A stretch of DNA of 64,000 nucleotides from Vicugna vicugna (lineage: Eukaryota). The notes beneath the pieces were generated by a model, which did no database searches, was not told where the DNA came from, and worked only from the letters and a program-made list of their open reading frames with translations. Location: assembly GCA_013265495.1 (NCBI GenBank), contig MU058824.1, positions 2,631,111 to 2,695,110 on the forward strand, read 5' to 3'. A program made the translations under genes and the position numbers. Below, piece by piece: positions 11,993 to 25,600 of this stretch (position 1 is its first letter; each line of letters begins with the position of its first letter).

Positions 11993-14900
11993 CCCCTGGT
12001 CTAATCCACTCCGATGGAGCAGGAGGGGGTCATGAAGGTGGTGAACAGGCACCGTGACTGACAATTCAGGCCACTTGAGTTCACCCACCTCGACCCCTCA
12101 ATCCTGCATAGACAGCCCCTCCCACCTCTGCTTCTCACCACCAGTTTTGTTCATTAAGCCCCACCTCAAGCACAACATCCCGCCTGCAGTGTCTCCTGAT
12201 CACCATGGTGTAATCCTATTGGCTTGGCCTGCATTTCTTTCATGGTGCACATTTAGGTCTTCTTTATTTGTTCCTTTAGCACATATCTATGGAGAATCAT
12301 TCTGGGGCAGCGGTTCAGAGTGTGGACTCTGGGGCCAACGCCACCATTTACCACCTGTGCGATGCTGGCCACGTGACACTGTTAACCCCTCTGATCCTTG
12401 GTTTTATCTGAGATAAGCTATACCTACTTCATGGCATACAGGATGAAATAGGCTAATATAAATAGCGCAGGACGATGCCTGACACACAGTAAGCACTCAG
12501 TGAACATTAGCAATTACAGGGGACCTATTCTGTGCCGGGCACTGACTGGGATGGGGAGCACACAGTCACATCCCAGTTCACCATGTCCATGTCCCAGCGC
12601 CCTTACTGGATCACAGCAGCTTGGAAACCATGACTAGACCTGATACAACATGACAACTTGGATACAGGTGAGGCCCCATTGATGCTTGTTCTCAAAATTG
12701 AAAATGATGAAAGAGAAATACAAGGACCAGTCCAACAAAACTCTCTTACTGGACCCCTAGGAACAAAGAAGCCCTGTCAGTGTGTCCCCCTGAAAGCAGG
12801 CCCCCTCCTTCACAGAAGGAGCAGTTAGTTCTTGGTGCATCCCCATCACACCATCCACAGAAAGAACTGCAAAGCTCTTCTCCTTCGGCCACATGGAGAT
12901 GCCATCACTTCCGGGATCACCCATCTGCCAGGGGCTTCCTGGCTCCACCACCCAGGCTTCAAACACATGCTTTAAATTCTTGGGTTCTCATGGTGGTTTC
13001 CCTCACAATTCTACAATTCCTTTCTCATACCATTAAGGAAGAGTTATTGAAAAGGCCACCAATGGCCCTGGGGTGTTGGGAAGGCAGCCACGTCACAGTG
13101 GAAGAAAAGCTAAGACTCTTGTTCTAAATGCTTATGCTCAGCAGTTTCATTCATGGTAATAAGGACCCATTTCTAAGTGGCCACCATACTCCAGACAAGG
13201 CCCCTTGAACCTGGAGACAACCCTGTGTGAGACACTTCACTTCCCTCTCTCACGCTTTCTCATTTCAGTGTCGAATCTAAACGGAGAACTTGACATGTAT
13301 TTGTAGACCATTTCAACATTTGATTTCTGTCTGCCATTCTAACCTATGCAAGCCTTTTTTGAATATTGCTTCTTCTAGCCAATGCTTTGGGGCATTTGAA
13401 TACTTTTGCTGAGTTCATCCAGGTTATTTACCAAAGCATTAAAGAGAACAGAGCCCTATAGCACTCCACCAGAGACCTCTTTCTAGGAGCCATGCAATGG
13501 TGCTACAGTTGACAGAAAGTGAGGAAGAGATGACTGAGTATACCAGAATCCAGGTTAGGAAGACTTACTCTATTTGAGCCCTGCGTTTGGCAGGGTCCAG
13601 AGTTCTGGAGGCAGGACAGAAGGAAATTCAGCAGTGCATCACAAAGGCCATGCTTGTCTCCCAAGTGCTGACCGCTTATCACAGGACAGCCTCGATTTCT
13701 TCTATAGACACTGGGCTTAATTATTTAATTTAGAAACAAGGAACCCAGAAGACTCAGTGCAATTTCTTCCTTAAGTAATATGGTTGGCTTTCTGGAACAG
13801 GTATGACCCTTGACTAGGGACAGTATTTCTTATTTAGAAAAAAATGAAACTATCCTATATTCCCATCCTGTCCCCCTTCTGTCACAAACAGCTTTGGCTC
13901 CCCCTGCTGGCAGAATAAAAACAAACTCCTTTGCTGGGCAAATATTCCGCAACTTTTATGATCTGGCCCCAATTTATCTTCCCAGGCTAGTCAACTCTGG
14001 AAAAGTCCACAGGAGATCTGGACTCACCTCTCAGGTGCCATCCACCTCCCCTCCTCCCCCATTCATTCAGATCACAAGATTTACAAAGTACCTGTGTGCC
14101 AAGAAGTATGGTAGTCCCTGAGGACAGATGCCCTAGAGATACACCTTGTGCCCTCTTCTCAAGTCGGTCAAGATCCTGTCCTAAGCACAGTGTCCTCCCT
14201 GAGGAGGTTTTGGTGCTTTGCAACTTATCACAGGTGGAGTGCAGAGAAAGGGAAGAGATGACTGCAGCAGGGGGCAGGCTGGACAAACTGCTGGGACTGG
14301 GCTGAACAGGTACAGAGAGGAGCGGCAGACCAGACCCTGCAAAGGCCATTTCTGGAGCACTAGGAGGGGGACCCATTTTAACCAGAGGCCAGCCATGCAC
14401 AGGAAAGGGGTCCTGGCCTGGGACACCCCCTGAGAAGGACTCTGACTTTGAGGAAGTCTCTTCCTGCCCTGGGCTGCTGTCGCCCCCTCTGTAAAGTGAG
14501 GCTGTCAGGGGTGGTCTCTAAAGACCTTGCTCCCAACCTGACCCAGCTCCAATGTCACCTCTGCAAAGCTTTCCCTGATCTTCTCATGGACCCCATTAAT
14601 TCAGGCAGACTCACACCTCTGAGCATTCGGTGATCTGCTGTATGCATTTCTGTCCTCTCTCCTCCAAACTGAGGGCTCCTTATCCCAGCACTGCTGCTCA
14701 TCTGAATGATTAGGAAATACTATATATTGAACTAATGAATAGGAAGTCATTTTTAGCTCTCTGCATTGTCCACAAGATGGCAGTCTGCACGGGTGGCTGC
14801 TACACAAACCTCCCATTTTGGTGGAAGCTCTGGGAAAAGATGCCTGAGGAAAGAAAGGAGAACCATGAAGGACTCTCCGCAAAGACTTACCCTCTGGCTC

Positions 14901-15222
14901 ATCAATGCATAGGTACTGTCCCTCTCTCTCCACCTTTAAAGTGCCAGTCTCAGACAGCAATGCAGGCCTGAGCTACCAGGGCCAAGTCTGGATCCCAGGC
15001 TTCTCGGCTGACTGGGCAAGCCTGCGATCCAGCCCTCGCTGCCCTCTCTGGCCGGGCCTCCTGGGCCCCCGCACCCCTCCACTGGCACTGCAGCTGCGCG
15101 GGGCCCTCTTCTTGCTCCTGCTGTGCTGTGTTCTTGCTGGGCTTCCTGGCTTCAGACACACTGTGCCCTCTCTCTACTGTCCTTCCAGGTAGAATCTCTT
15201 GGTTCTTCAAGACCCATTTGAG

Positions 15223-15893
15223 TATTGGCAACGATGTGAAAAAAAGGGAACCCTCAAACACTGTTGGTGGGAATGCAAATTGGTGCAGCCACTGTGGAAA
15301 ACAGTATAGAAGTTTCTCAAAGAACTAACAATAGAACTACAGATGACCCAGCAATTCCACTCCTGGGTATATATCCAAAAAAAAATACACTAATTCAAAA
15401 AGATACATGCATCCCAATGTTCACAGTGACATTATTTACAATTGCCAAGATATGGAAGCAACCTAAGTGTCCACCAACAGATGATGGATAAAGGAAATGT
15501 GGCATATACATAAAATGGAATACTACTCAGCCAGAAAAACGAATGAAATGTTGCCATTTGCAGCAACATAGATGGACTTGGAGGGTATTATGCTAAGTGC
15601 AACAAGTCAGACAGAGAAAGACAAATACTTTATGACATCACTTATATGTGGAATCTTTAAAAATACAACAAACTGGTGAATATAACAAAAAGAAGCAGAC
15701 TCACACATGTAGAGAGCAAACTAGCAGTGACCACTGGGGAGAGGGGCAATACAGGGTGGGCGAGTAAGAGGTACAAACTACTAGGTATAAAATAAACTAC
15801 AAGGATATATTGTACAACACAGGGAAGACAGTCAATAGTTCATAATAACTGTAAATGGAATGTAACCTTTAAAAATTGTATATATATTTTAAA
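15223..15893 (+). mobile_element. 5'-truncated LINE-1 with 14-bp TSD
   Basis: [12 protein letters not shown] / AKIWKQPKCP ORF2 remnant; TSD AAGACCCATTTGAG (15209-15222) / AAGACCCAATTGAG (15894-15907). Confidence 0.93.
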
Positions 15894-18800
15894 AAGACCC
15901 AATTGAGAAAGCACCTTTTCCAGAAAGCCTCCTTGACTCTCCCACCCCTCCCCCCAGCACTCTTCTGTAGTTCTGCTTACTGCACTGAAATTGCTTCCTA
16001 TCTGCTTCCTTTTTAAGTGCCTGGCTTGCTCATCTATAGCCCTCCTCCTCCTTGCACTGGCCTGGGGTAGGCTGGCCCTCTGAGAGCTTGTTGAATAAAG
16101 AATGAAGCAACGAATCTATGAATTAGGGATGTGCTGTAGCAAGATGAATGGAGAGCCTGCCTCTTCCTAACAGGGGAGTCATTTGAGAATGAGAAAAACA
16201 CCTTATTTTCACGTCAACTCTGGTTCAGGAAGGGACCAAGTGCTCCTTAGCACAATAAAGGCACATTATTCCTTCTAAAGGAGGAGGGCAAAAGGCCTGT
16301 TAAAAGAGGAAAACGCTTTCCTCATGTGAGACTGGGCTGCATTGCCTTCTGAGAGTGAATCTTCCCTCTGGCAAGGTGACTTCTCCTCCAATTATTTATA
16401 AGGACACTGATGGCAGCTATTTTACTCTGCTGGCAGAAAAGGGAAGTTCCAGGGGCTTCTTGCCTCCTATAATAGCCCTTTTTACCCCACTGTCACAGAA
16501 CGATGTTGGGATTCTGCCAGTTGCCAAGTGTGTCTTGTCAGTTCCGGACCTGATGAAGTAACTGCAAGGTGGGTTCACTGTGACTGGAACGTGGGCCCTG
16601 ACCGCCCTGAGCCATCACCCTGCCAGTGGGCTCCAGTGGACCACTCTAGTAAGCCCACTCCAGGTCCCTCTGGAGGTAGCTTAGAGGAAGATTTCTAGAA
16701 TTGTTATAGAGTACTTCTTCAAGGGGCATGGCCTCCCCTTCCAACAAGGGGCTCCATGTCCGGGTGAAGTCTGAACCTGGATAAGAGACCACGGCTCTCT
16801 TCTGTGGTGACTCAAATCAGATTTTGGACATGAAACCCGGAGTTTCTCCTGTTGCATAGGACAAGAAACATTTTAGTAGGAGGCCCATCTATTTCATTCC
16901 TAGGGACACGGTGACAATTAGCCAAGGCCAAAGATCTCTGCACCTGCTACGTCTCTGGCGGTTATGTCCTTGCACCAGGCCTCTGCCCTCCTGGGATCCC
17001 ATCATCCCCAGTGGATTCAAGGAGCCCGTGTCGATGGTGGCATCTCTCCTCATTTCATTTTCAGCAATGTCAGTATGTCATTTTCAGCAATACCGACAGA
17101 GGAGAGCCACCACAGAGCCTGTCCAGGATACTGCTGAATTTCCCCATGTCGTAGGGAAAGGAAAGTCCTCTGGGCCCCCTTGGGGAATGGAGTGGGTGGG
17201 TGCGTGTGCAGGTTGTCAATAATAAATCTTTCCCAATACTTCCCATAAGCCTTTCGATTCCTTCCTTTATAACATGCTAGGGAAGATGGTCATCACCGAG
17301 TCTCAGTTTCACTCAAACAGCTAAGTAAACTACAGCCATTCACGACTGCACAAACCAACACCTTAAACCCATAATCTCAGGTCAGGCACTTGTATCAATA
17401 AATTCAAGCCTTTACTGAATTTATTCAACTGGCCTTCTTGGTCTAACACCCTTGGAATCTATTCCTGCATATATTCCCTAAGATGCTGCAATGTAATTTC
17501 GCAAAACCTGGCCACTTTTCCCGTGCAGAAGCTGCACCTCCCCGGATCAGACTCTGGGGAGTCTGCCTGTCCTGCTTGAGCCTGTGGGGCTCTGGTGACA
17601 ACAGCGAGTCTGGTGGCCACAAGGAGTGGTTGGGCTAGGTCTTGAGGAGAAAAGGCATCCCTTGCAAGGTCACTGTCCTGGGTGACTGTACAGCAGGATC
17701 CTGAAGCAAGGTGAAGTGAGTATTCCCACACATAACTGGCGAGCGGCTTCCACTGGCAGGGGAGGCTTAGAACAACTCAGAGGCTCAAGACTCAGCCTCA
17801 CTTGGGGCCGCCCTGACATCTGCATTCTAACTCTCAGGTTCCCACTCCTTCCTAACCGACAGCCTAACTTTCACAAGAGAGATTGACAGGCTGTAAATTC
17901 AATGCATACTGTAATTATGCAGCCCACACTATTACATTGGACGTCATTTTCAGCAATACTGACCCTGCAGCTGTAAGAAACAAATTTATTGTTTTAGTAA
18001 ATAATTTATATAATTATTGGCGCTTATGTCTAGTTAAGGTCTCTGGTTCTCTGATCATGATCCATCTTTGAGGGTTGTTTCCTGGGACCATTCCTGGTAA
18101 CTGATACATCACTCAGGGTCTAATCAGGTTAAAAAGAAAAAAGGAATTTCACATAAAGAATTGTTGACTGGGTAACGTGGTGGTAGCAACTGCAGGAAGC
18201 AGCTACCACTATCAGGGCTAGAAAAACAAAGGGAAAGGCTGGAATTATTTACACTTTGTAGCCTATAGGATAAGCCCTTGGAGCTGAAACTCAGATCTCT
18301 TCCCGTGGGTGGCTGCTTGCCTGGTGTCTCTGAGCTGGGAGAAGGGGTCCCATGGGGCTGGGCATGCAGCTCTGGATGGGCCTGACCTCCTCCATCCCAT
18401 CGGCACCATGTGAGCCCCGGCATCTCCACTCAGCTCTCAGCCTCCCAGCAGCTGCTCTCTGCCGGGCCTCCAGGGCTCACCCTGCACTTGAGCAGCTCAG
18501 GATCAGCCAAAAGTTGAAGGGGAAATTCCACACACACTTCCGTCGTTCCCCCTCTGTGTTTCCTCCCTCTTTTATATCTGCCTCCCCTCAAAATCCAGGT
18601 GCCTGAGCCCTGAAGTCTGATCTCTGCCTCTTCTGTCCAGCAGACCTGCCATCGGCTTGGGCTCCACCTCTCCGCACCGTGGCCTGGAAAACCTCCCCAG
18701 CAAGAGTGCTGGGGTAGATGCGGGACTCACATTGCATGCTCCTCGCTCAAGGAGCACAGCCCCATGTTGGAAAATACCATCCAGTGCCTGCACACAGAAG

Positions 18801-21737
18801 CTTTATTTATTTGTCCAGGTGTTATCATTGTTTACAGCAGGAGGGCAAGCCCTCCATCATTTTACTCTGGCTGCTCAGCATCTGAGGCCCCTCTGCATCA
18901 TGCTGTGTCCTCCCTTATACAGTACTGAATTGAAACCTGTGCCTGTACAACTCCCACCCCTCACTCGCGGGGCTTCCTTCTGGAAACCCACCTCTCCTTC
19001 TACCCAGGATTGGCCCAGCAGAGGCCTGGAGACAGGCATTCCACACTCCCTCAGCCTAGATGGGGGCCTTCCATGCATGGCCTGACCATTATGCTTGAGA
19101 TTCAAAGGTATGGCTTGTTTATGGAGACCTCTCTGCTCACACGAGCTCCTCTCCTCTGCACCAGGAGCTCCTAGAGGGCAGAGGATGCCTGTGGTTCATG
19201 TCTACGTTCACAGGAGGAGTGAACAGACTGGGACATTCACACCCACATCAGCAGCTGCTGGGCATGTGTGCATCCACCTAAGTGGGGCATGAGCCAGCCT
19301 GCCCTGGGAGCCCCTGGGAGCCCCAGGGAGCAGAGGAGGTAGACATTCACACCATGGGAGTTCACATTTGCCACTGGGAAAATTCATCTCCACTTTTCCC
19401 CATAATCCTATGAGCACACAGGTGTTGCCCATGGTGTTAACTGGCACTCAGAGAACCTGAGTTCACTGGACTATGGGCTTGCAGGGAATTTTTTAAAAGA
19501 AATGGATTCCAGGCGACTTCAAAGCTTTGGAATGTTTTCTCTGCCCAGATACCACAGGCTCAGTGCTGGGAAATAAGTCTTCTGCTTTAATTCTCAGAGA
19601 GTCATGCTTACAGAATGCTCTTCCTACTACTTAAAAGGCACAGAGATCACTGTAAATGTGCCTCTGCGATGGGGTACCCCAAGCTGCACTGAGCACAAAA
19701 TCAGTTTCATCATTATAACACCGTTCAGTTACTGTACTCTCAGTGTTTGCATAAAAGGCAGGCAAATCATTCCCGTGTACATTTATTCGCCAATCACAAC
19801 CATGTTTTGCCCCACCTGGCTCTCAGGGTCAGGCACTGTTCTGTGAGAATATGGGAATCGTTGGCTCAGTTTGAGGGACTTAACGATCCTCGCACCCAAT
19901 CCCTGATGTTTTGATCCCCTCCACACTCCTTGCCAAGACTCATCCTTGAACTCCTCCACTGACAGGGAGCTCACTATCTCTGGAATCTGTTCTCTCCTTT
20001 GACAGCCATGCATTTGAAAGTTTAAACCTACTAGGAAGGATGTTTCTGAAAAACAGCATGGAGCCTCTCTCTTTTGTTTTTAAGTCCTGCTTTGTTCCAC
20101 TTAACATTATGAGTGTTTCTTTCACACCATTAAACAACCTTGGATTTCTGTACATAAACACAACCACATATTTACAAAAATATCATCCACTAGATGTGCA
20201 ATTTCTAATTGCTATTTCACTAAACTATCTTACAAGCATTTTTTCATTTCAATTAATCTATAGCTCCTTTCTCAGTTTCAGGTGCAGATAATCCTCTATT
20301 GCTGGATATACCATAATTTATTGAATCATCGCCCATCAGTGGACATTTAGGTTGTTTCCAATTTTTTTTTGCTGTAGTGACCAACTGCAGAATTAAATCT
20401 TCACACATTGTGGTATTTCTTGAGGAGAGTCTCATAGAAGGCTGTAGAGGCCAAGGGGTGTGGGCACTTTAAAAGACCATTCCAGGTAAAGACAGCAGCC
20501 TCCTAGTTGAAATCAATCGTTAGTAAGTAGTGAGAGCCATGTTGAGTGCTACACCGACACAATTATATTTAGTCCTCATCACCACGTATCACCACTCCCA
20601 GGGTGCTTGCCTGTACCCTTTCTATGTGTCTGCTTGTAAGGGAAGAGTTAGAGCTGGTGAGGCAGCTGGCCCTGCTCTGCCCACCACATAAAGTGGCCTC
20701 CACAGGGACTCCCTCTGGGGATAAGGACATCTCCTGAAAGACTGCAAACTGAGAAGGACCTGAGCTTGAAAAGCAAAAAGGAACCACCCAGAGTGCTGTA
20801 CCTGGTCTTCCTAGACTCCAAGAGAATTTCTTCTCTAGAAGTTCAGAAAAGAAAGAAAACAGCACGGGGCAAATGAGGGTTGCAGGGTGAAGGCAGGTAA
20901 AGCCACTCAAAGCCTGGTCAACAAGTCCTTTCATCTATCCAATGTTTTCATTTGGCCACATATCGAAGTCCAGCAAACAAGACTCCCCTGGGTTTCTTGT
21001 CTGGGTCCCCTGCCAGGACTGGGCCAGGGACCAGGTACACAGAGCCTGACTCCGAGCAAGCACCGGGCTGCAGGAATAAAAATCTGACCGCAAGAACCTG
21101 TTCCACTTCATCTTCCCAACACGCACACCCCACTGAGCCACAGATGCGCTGACACTTGTGTGCCGGGACACCCAACAGAGCATTATTTGTAGTAACAAAA
21201 GTACTAAAACCAACTGGTTAAATAACTACGGTTTTCATGTAATCAAATACTTTGCGAAATTAAGAAGCCTGAGGACAACACAAAATATATCACTGTCTCA
21301 TCATAGCCAAAGTCAATGCTGACTGTGAGATGCACCATGACTTCATGGAGCATCAAAGGGAGGGAAAAAACCCAATTAAACTATGCTCCATTGACTCTAC
21401 AAGACGCTGGATTTCAGAGATGGTAGGAGGTGGGGAAACCACGGCAAATACCATGAGTAGAAAAACCAAGTGCACAATAATGTGTAGGGCATACTTCTGT
21501 GTGTCTGTGTTTAAAGGGAGGAACTATACAACCATTCGTGCTTTTATAAGCATACAAAATTCCTGGAAAGATAACCAAGAACCTGATAACAGGTGTGGCC
21601 TCTAGACGCTGGGTTGGGGTACTGGAACACAGGGTGGAAGGGAAGCCCTCTTTTCACAGTTACATTCATTTGTAAACTCTGAAATTTTAAACCATACAGT
21701 CCCTTTTTTATGATAAAAAATTTAAAACTACCAAATG

Positions 21738-21780
21738 TAAAATAAAATAAAATAAAATAAAATAAAATAAAATAAAATAA
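21738..21780 (+). repeat. (TAAAA)8+ pentanucleotide microsatellite
   Basis: Eight perfect TAAAA units plus TAA, at the end of an old L1-like fragment, about 350 bp upstream of the IGFBPL1 ATG. Confidence 0.95.
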
Positions 21781-21859
21781 GCATCCTTCTGGATTAAAGG
21801 GCATAGCACTTGGAGCCAGCCTTGGATCTAGAGAATGTACTTCCAATCCTAGCTTTACC

Positions 21860-22620
21860 AGAGCGACCTCGGGCAAGTTCCCGCCCCGACTGGGTCTCTA
21901 AGAGCCCATTGGCTGTTGGAGAGCGGGTCTCAGAACATCTTTCCAGCTCAGAGTCCCGGGCGGACCAGGAGCCCACCCCGCAGCACTAGTCCCGGGCCGG
22001 GCAGCGGACTGCGGGCGCCCTGCGGTGCAGGCCGGGCCAATCAGCGGTCGCGGGCGGGCGGGGTGGCGGCGCCGAGCGCGCGGAGCTGAGCGCAAAGCAG
22101 AGGCGCCACGGCCGTCCCGGAACAGACCATGCCACGCTCACCCGTGCTCTTCCCGCTGCTGCTTCTGTTGCTGCCACCGCTGGCCCTGGGCCTCGGGCTT
22201 CGCGGCGCGGGCGGCCGGCGCCCGCAGTGTGGTCCGTGCCGGCCGGAGTTCTGCCCTGCGCTCGAGCGCTGCCCGGCTCCCGGCATCGCGGCGCGCGACG
22301 AATGCGGCTGCTGCGTGCGCTGCCTGGGCGCCGAGGGCGCGAGCTGCGGAGGGCGGGCCGGCGCGCGCTGCGGCCCGGGGCTGGTGTGCGCGAGCCGCGC
22401 CACTGGGGCGGCGCCCGAGGGCACGGGGCTCTGTGTGTGCGCGCAGCGCGGCACAGTCTGCGGCTCCGACGGCCGTTCCTACTCCAGCGTTTGCGCGCTG
22501 CGCCTGCGCGCCCGGCACGCGCCCCGCGCGCACTCGGGCCACCTGCACAAGGCGCGCGACGGCCCCTGCGAATTTGGTGAGTCCGGCTTCTGTCCCGCGG
22601 TGCTCGGGTGGGTGGAGAAG
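21860..22620 (+). promoter_or_regulatory. CpG island / TATA-less promoter of IGFBPL1
   Basis: Very high GC and CpG density; CCAAT at 22037-22041, inverted CCAAT (ATTGG) at 21908-21912, GC boxes near 21880 and 22052-22063. Confidence 0.9.
22129..22576 (+). CDS. IGFBPL1: IGFBP-like 1, coding exon 1 (signal peptide, IGFBP N-terminal domain, Kazal domain)
   Basis: ATG at 22129; Leu-rich signal peptide; CGPC...ECGCCVRC IGFBP motif; VCGSDGRSYSSVC Kazal motif; ends GAA TTT G|GTGAGT (donor at 22577, phase 1). 448 nt. Confidence 0.97.
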
Positions 22621-25600
22621 GAGGGACACCAACCCTCTGGGGGTGTAGGGCAAAGAATTCCCCCAGCACCGCGATGGACCGTGCTGCCTGGGCCTCAGTT
22701 TTCCTTTAGGGATCAGTTTTTCTTACCTGGTCAGATGCTCAAGAAGACAGTGACAGGAATCCACATCCTGTAACATCCCTTACGACACCCATGGACACAA
22801 CAGCCACTGAGCTGGTCGGAATTTTGGTGAGCCTGCTGTCCCTTTTGCTACTTAAGTACCTGCTGATACAGTTATTTGTAGGACTGACATGTTTGCCTCC
22901 AGAGAGAGGGAGTTTGGGGAGCAGGGTGTTCCCACTGGGTACAAGTCGTCTTTGGGTCCAGCACTGGCCATGGCCAGAGGAGTGTTGTTTGCATGAAGAG
23001 GGAGGGCAGGTGAAGATGCTGGAGGAGGAGGGGGCTTGGACTCCAGATTGGGACTCAGGAGTCAGGGGATCAAAGCAGTAGGGCTCAGTGAGTGTGGGGT
23101 GGGGTCCTGCTGGGAGTCCTGAGGAAGCACCCCCCTAGGACAGGTAAGACTTTGAGAGACCTAAGCTCTGAAAAGATTATGGTGCCATCAGGGGCAGATC
23201 CAGGTTTTTGTGAGGATAAGGCTTATATAATTTGGAGGGTTCCACTTGAAGTAAAGTAATAGAAGATGATTAATTGCTTGGGACCTAGAAACATAAGCTT
23301 CATTAACATCACAATAAAGCCATCTCTGGATGCCATCTTTGCTCACCCTCTACATGTAATTTTAAAAAATCAAACAAAAATAAACCAAAACATTTATATA
23401 GGAATCCCAGCCAATCACCCTGCTGGCCCACTAGGTTTTAGAGAACTGCCCCTGTCTAGGCTGCCTGGAGTGGGCAGTGGAGAGTTTAGGGTGAGTGGGC
23501 TTGTCGCTTGGGGTTCCAGCCTGGGGCTGGAGACCAAGTCTATACCTAAATGCCTCAGTCAGTGTAATGACTTCAGCTCCAACAAGGAAGCCTCAGGAGT
23601 GGGGGACAGGCTTTTCCAGGCCTTGGGAAATTTCTATTATTATTTCCCCCCAAGCATTCCAAGTAGATGCCCTCAAGTCCAGGAGACCTAACTGGTTGTT
23701 GGAGATGGGGCAGGAAGGCCCCTGTCCCTGGAAACAATGTGCTGCCCATTGAGAGGGCTGAGGCAGTCCCAGGAGCACAGGAAAATCACTATTGGCTGTT
23801 CCTGGTTGGGGCTTTCAGCGGAGGAGTGGGCTGGCTGGTGCTTCCCTGGCTGCTGCTTTGGCTGTCCCTTCTCTTCTCTGGGCTGTGTCAGCCCCTGTGG
23901 AGCCACTATTTAGGTCGAACCTTTGTTTCTGCCATGTGGCATTTAAACAGTCTTACCTGTTTTACAATCTGCTTTCCTCAGCAGGAAATTCACAAGCAGG
24001 GCTCTTTGTCTCCAGGCAGGTAACACTTCCACTTCACGTGCAGGAGACATGAGAAATGCTGACCAGGTCCCCAGTCTCTAACCAGTGCTGATGGTCTCAG
24101 ATGATTCCTCTCTGGACTGGTATTCTGTTCCTAAAAGAGCCACTTTGAAGGCATTTTGACCAAATTTACTAGTACGCAGAGGAGACTGAGACCCAGGGGG
24201 CAGGGGACTTGTCCAGGGTAACCGGTAAAACCTGAGTGGCTCCCAGGTCCCTGGCACCCGGTTCAGTGCTATTTCAGGACAGGACTTGATAGTGTTAAGT
24301 CAGCAGGTGGTGGTTGCCATGGTTACCGGAGTGCAGCCAGATGGCAGATGGAAGCCCCATACCCCTAATTCACTGAAAATTACCAAATGACAAGTAAATG
24401 TGACAGCCCCTCCACTCTGATCTATGGGCTCTGAGCCCACCCCAGGCATGGGCCCCAGGAGTAAAGATGTTCATGGGGCCAAATGGAGGCAATTCAGAAG
24501 CTGCTTTTAATGATCCCATTAGTGGCAGGCGTCAGGCCTCCCCAGAATTTAGCTCTCCTTCCCCACCAGTGATTGTGTCATTGGGCACTACCCAGACCCC
24601 AGCACTGTTTTCCCTCACCGTGTTTTGTCCTGAAATGCTTGTGTGGGCCCTACCCTTGTGTCCTGGTGAAGCACGGAGGTGTGGACGTGAACGGGGATCT
24701 TTCCCAGCTAGGGAATGCTGCACCTCATTCTGGGCTGCCCTCAAGCTATCCTTTATTCAGAGGACACGGCAGGAGCACTTTTTAACAATGCCCCTGGGGA
24801 CCTCGCTTGAAGGGAAACAGACTGAGTCAGAGCAGCAGCTGTTCTGCTTCAATATTGGTAATAAAATCACCCCTCCCCAGCTCCTCACCTACACCGTCAA
24901 TAAGCCAGCACCTGACTTTAACGGAATGAGGCCTCCATAAATATTTATTAGGTTCCGCACAGTGTAAGAGGTGTTCTTACTCCTGCCTCTGAGGAGCATT
25001 TGGAAACAGTTTTCAGGCTTAAATTCTGACCTTTCCTCCTACGCTTTGAAATGCCCCAAAATGCTAATAATGAAATAATCTTTTGATCAACACACATGTA
25101 TTGAAGACCCACTGTGTTCCCACAGAAGACTAATTCTTTCCTGTTGGAAATCGCTCTTGCATCATATCTTCTTCCTTAATTTTTACAACTACCCAGGCCA
25201 GGTCTCACTTGAATGTCATAGAAGGGCAATCTGTGGCAGCAGAAGGGAATTCCCCGGAGCAATGTGGCTTTGTTGCCCACTGAGGTGGGGCTGCAGCCCA
25301 GGTTGTTCTGGCTCTTTTCGGATGTGGCCGTGCACCTCTAGCCTGCTTGCAACCTGATTAGGAAGGTACCGCAAACTGACTACCCTTGAATCTCGAAGGT
25401 TTCTCAGTCTGTATCCACTTTCCTGTTTTTCCCTCAAGGCTTATGACTGGGTCCTCTGTTTAGCACCTGGTGATGGCTCCTGAGAAAAATGGGGTTAGCG
25501 TCACAGAAGAGAAAGCATCTGAGAGGGGCCTTGAAGGATGGGTAGAAAAATCTCCAGGCTGAGAAGCAGGGATGGGGAGCACAGCATATACCAAGGCAAG

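Noticed and set aside
21986..22669. Several 117-227 aa overlapping ORFs on both strands at the CpG island
   Set aside because: Arg/Ala/Gly/Pro-rich products of stop-poor GC-rich DNA overlapping IGFBPL1 exon 1.
22577..22773. C-terminal part of the 214-aa ORF (GESGFCPAV...)
   Set aside because: Read-through past the consensus GTGAGT donor into intron 1; homology continues in exon 2.
16441..25254. Isolated NF-kB-like decamers (16441, 18520, 25245; also 2784)
   Set aside because: Scattered single matches are expected by chance in 64 kb; no clustering.
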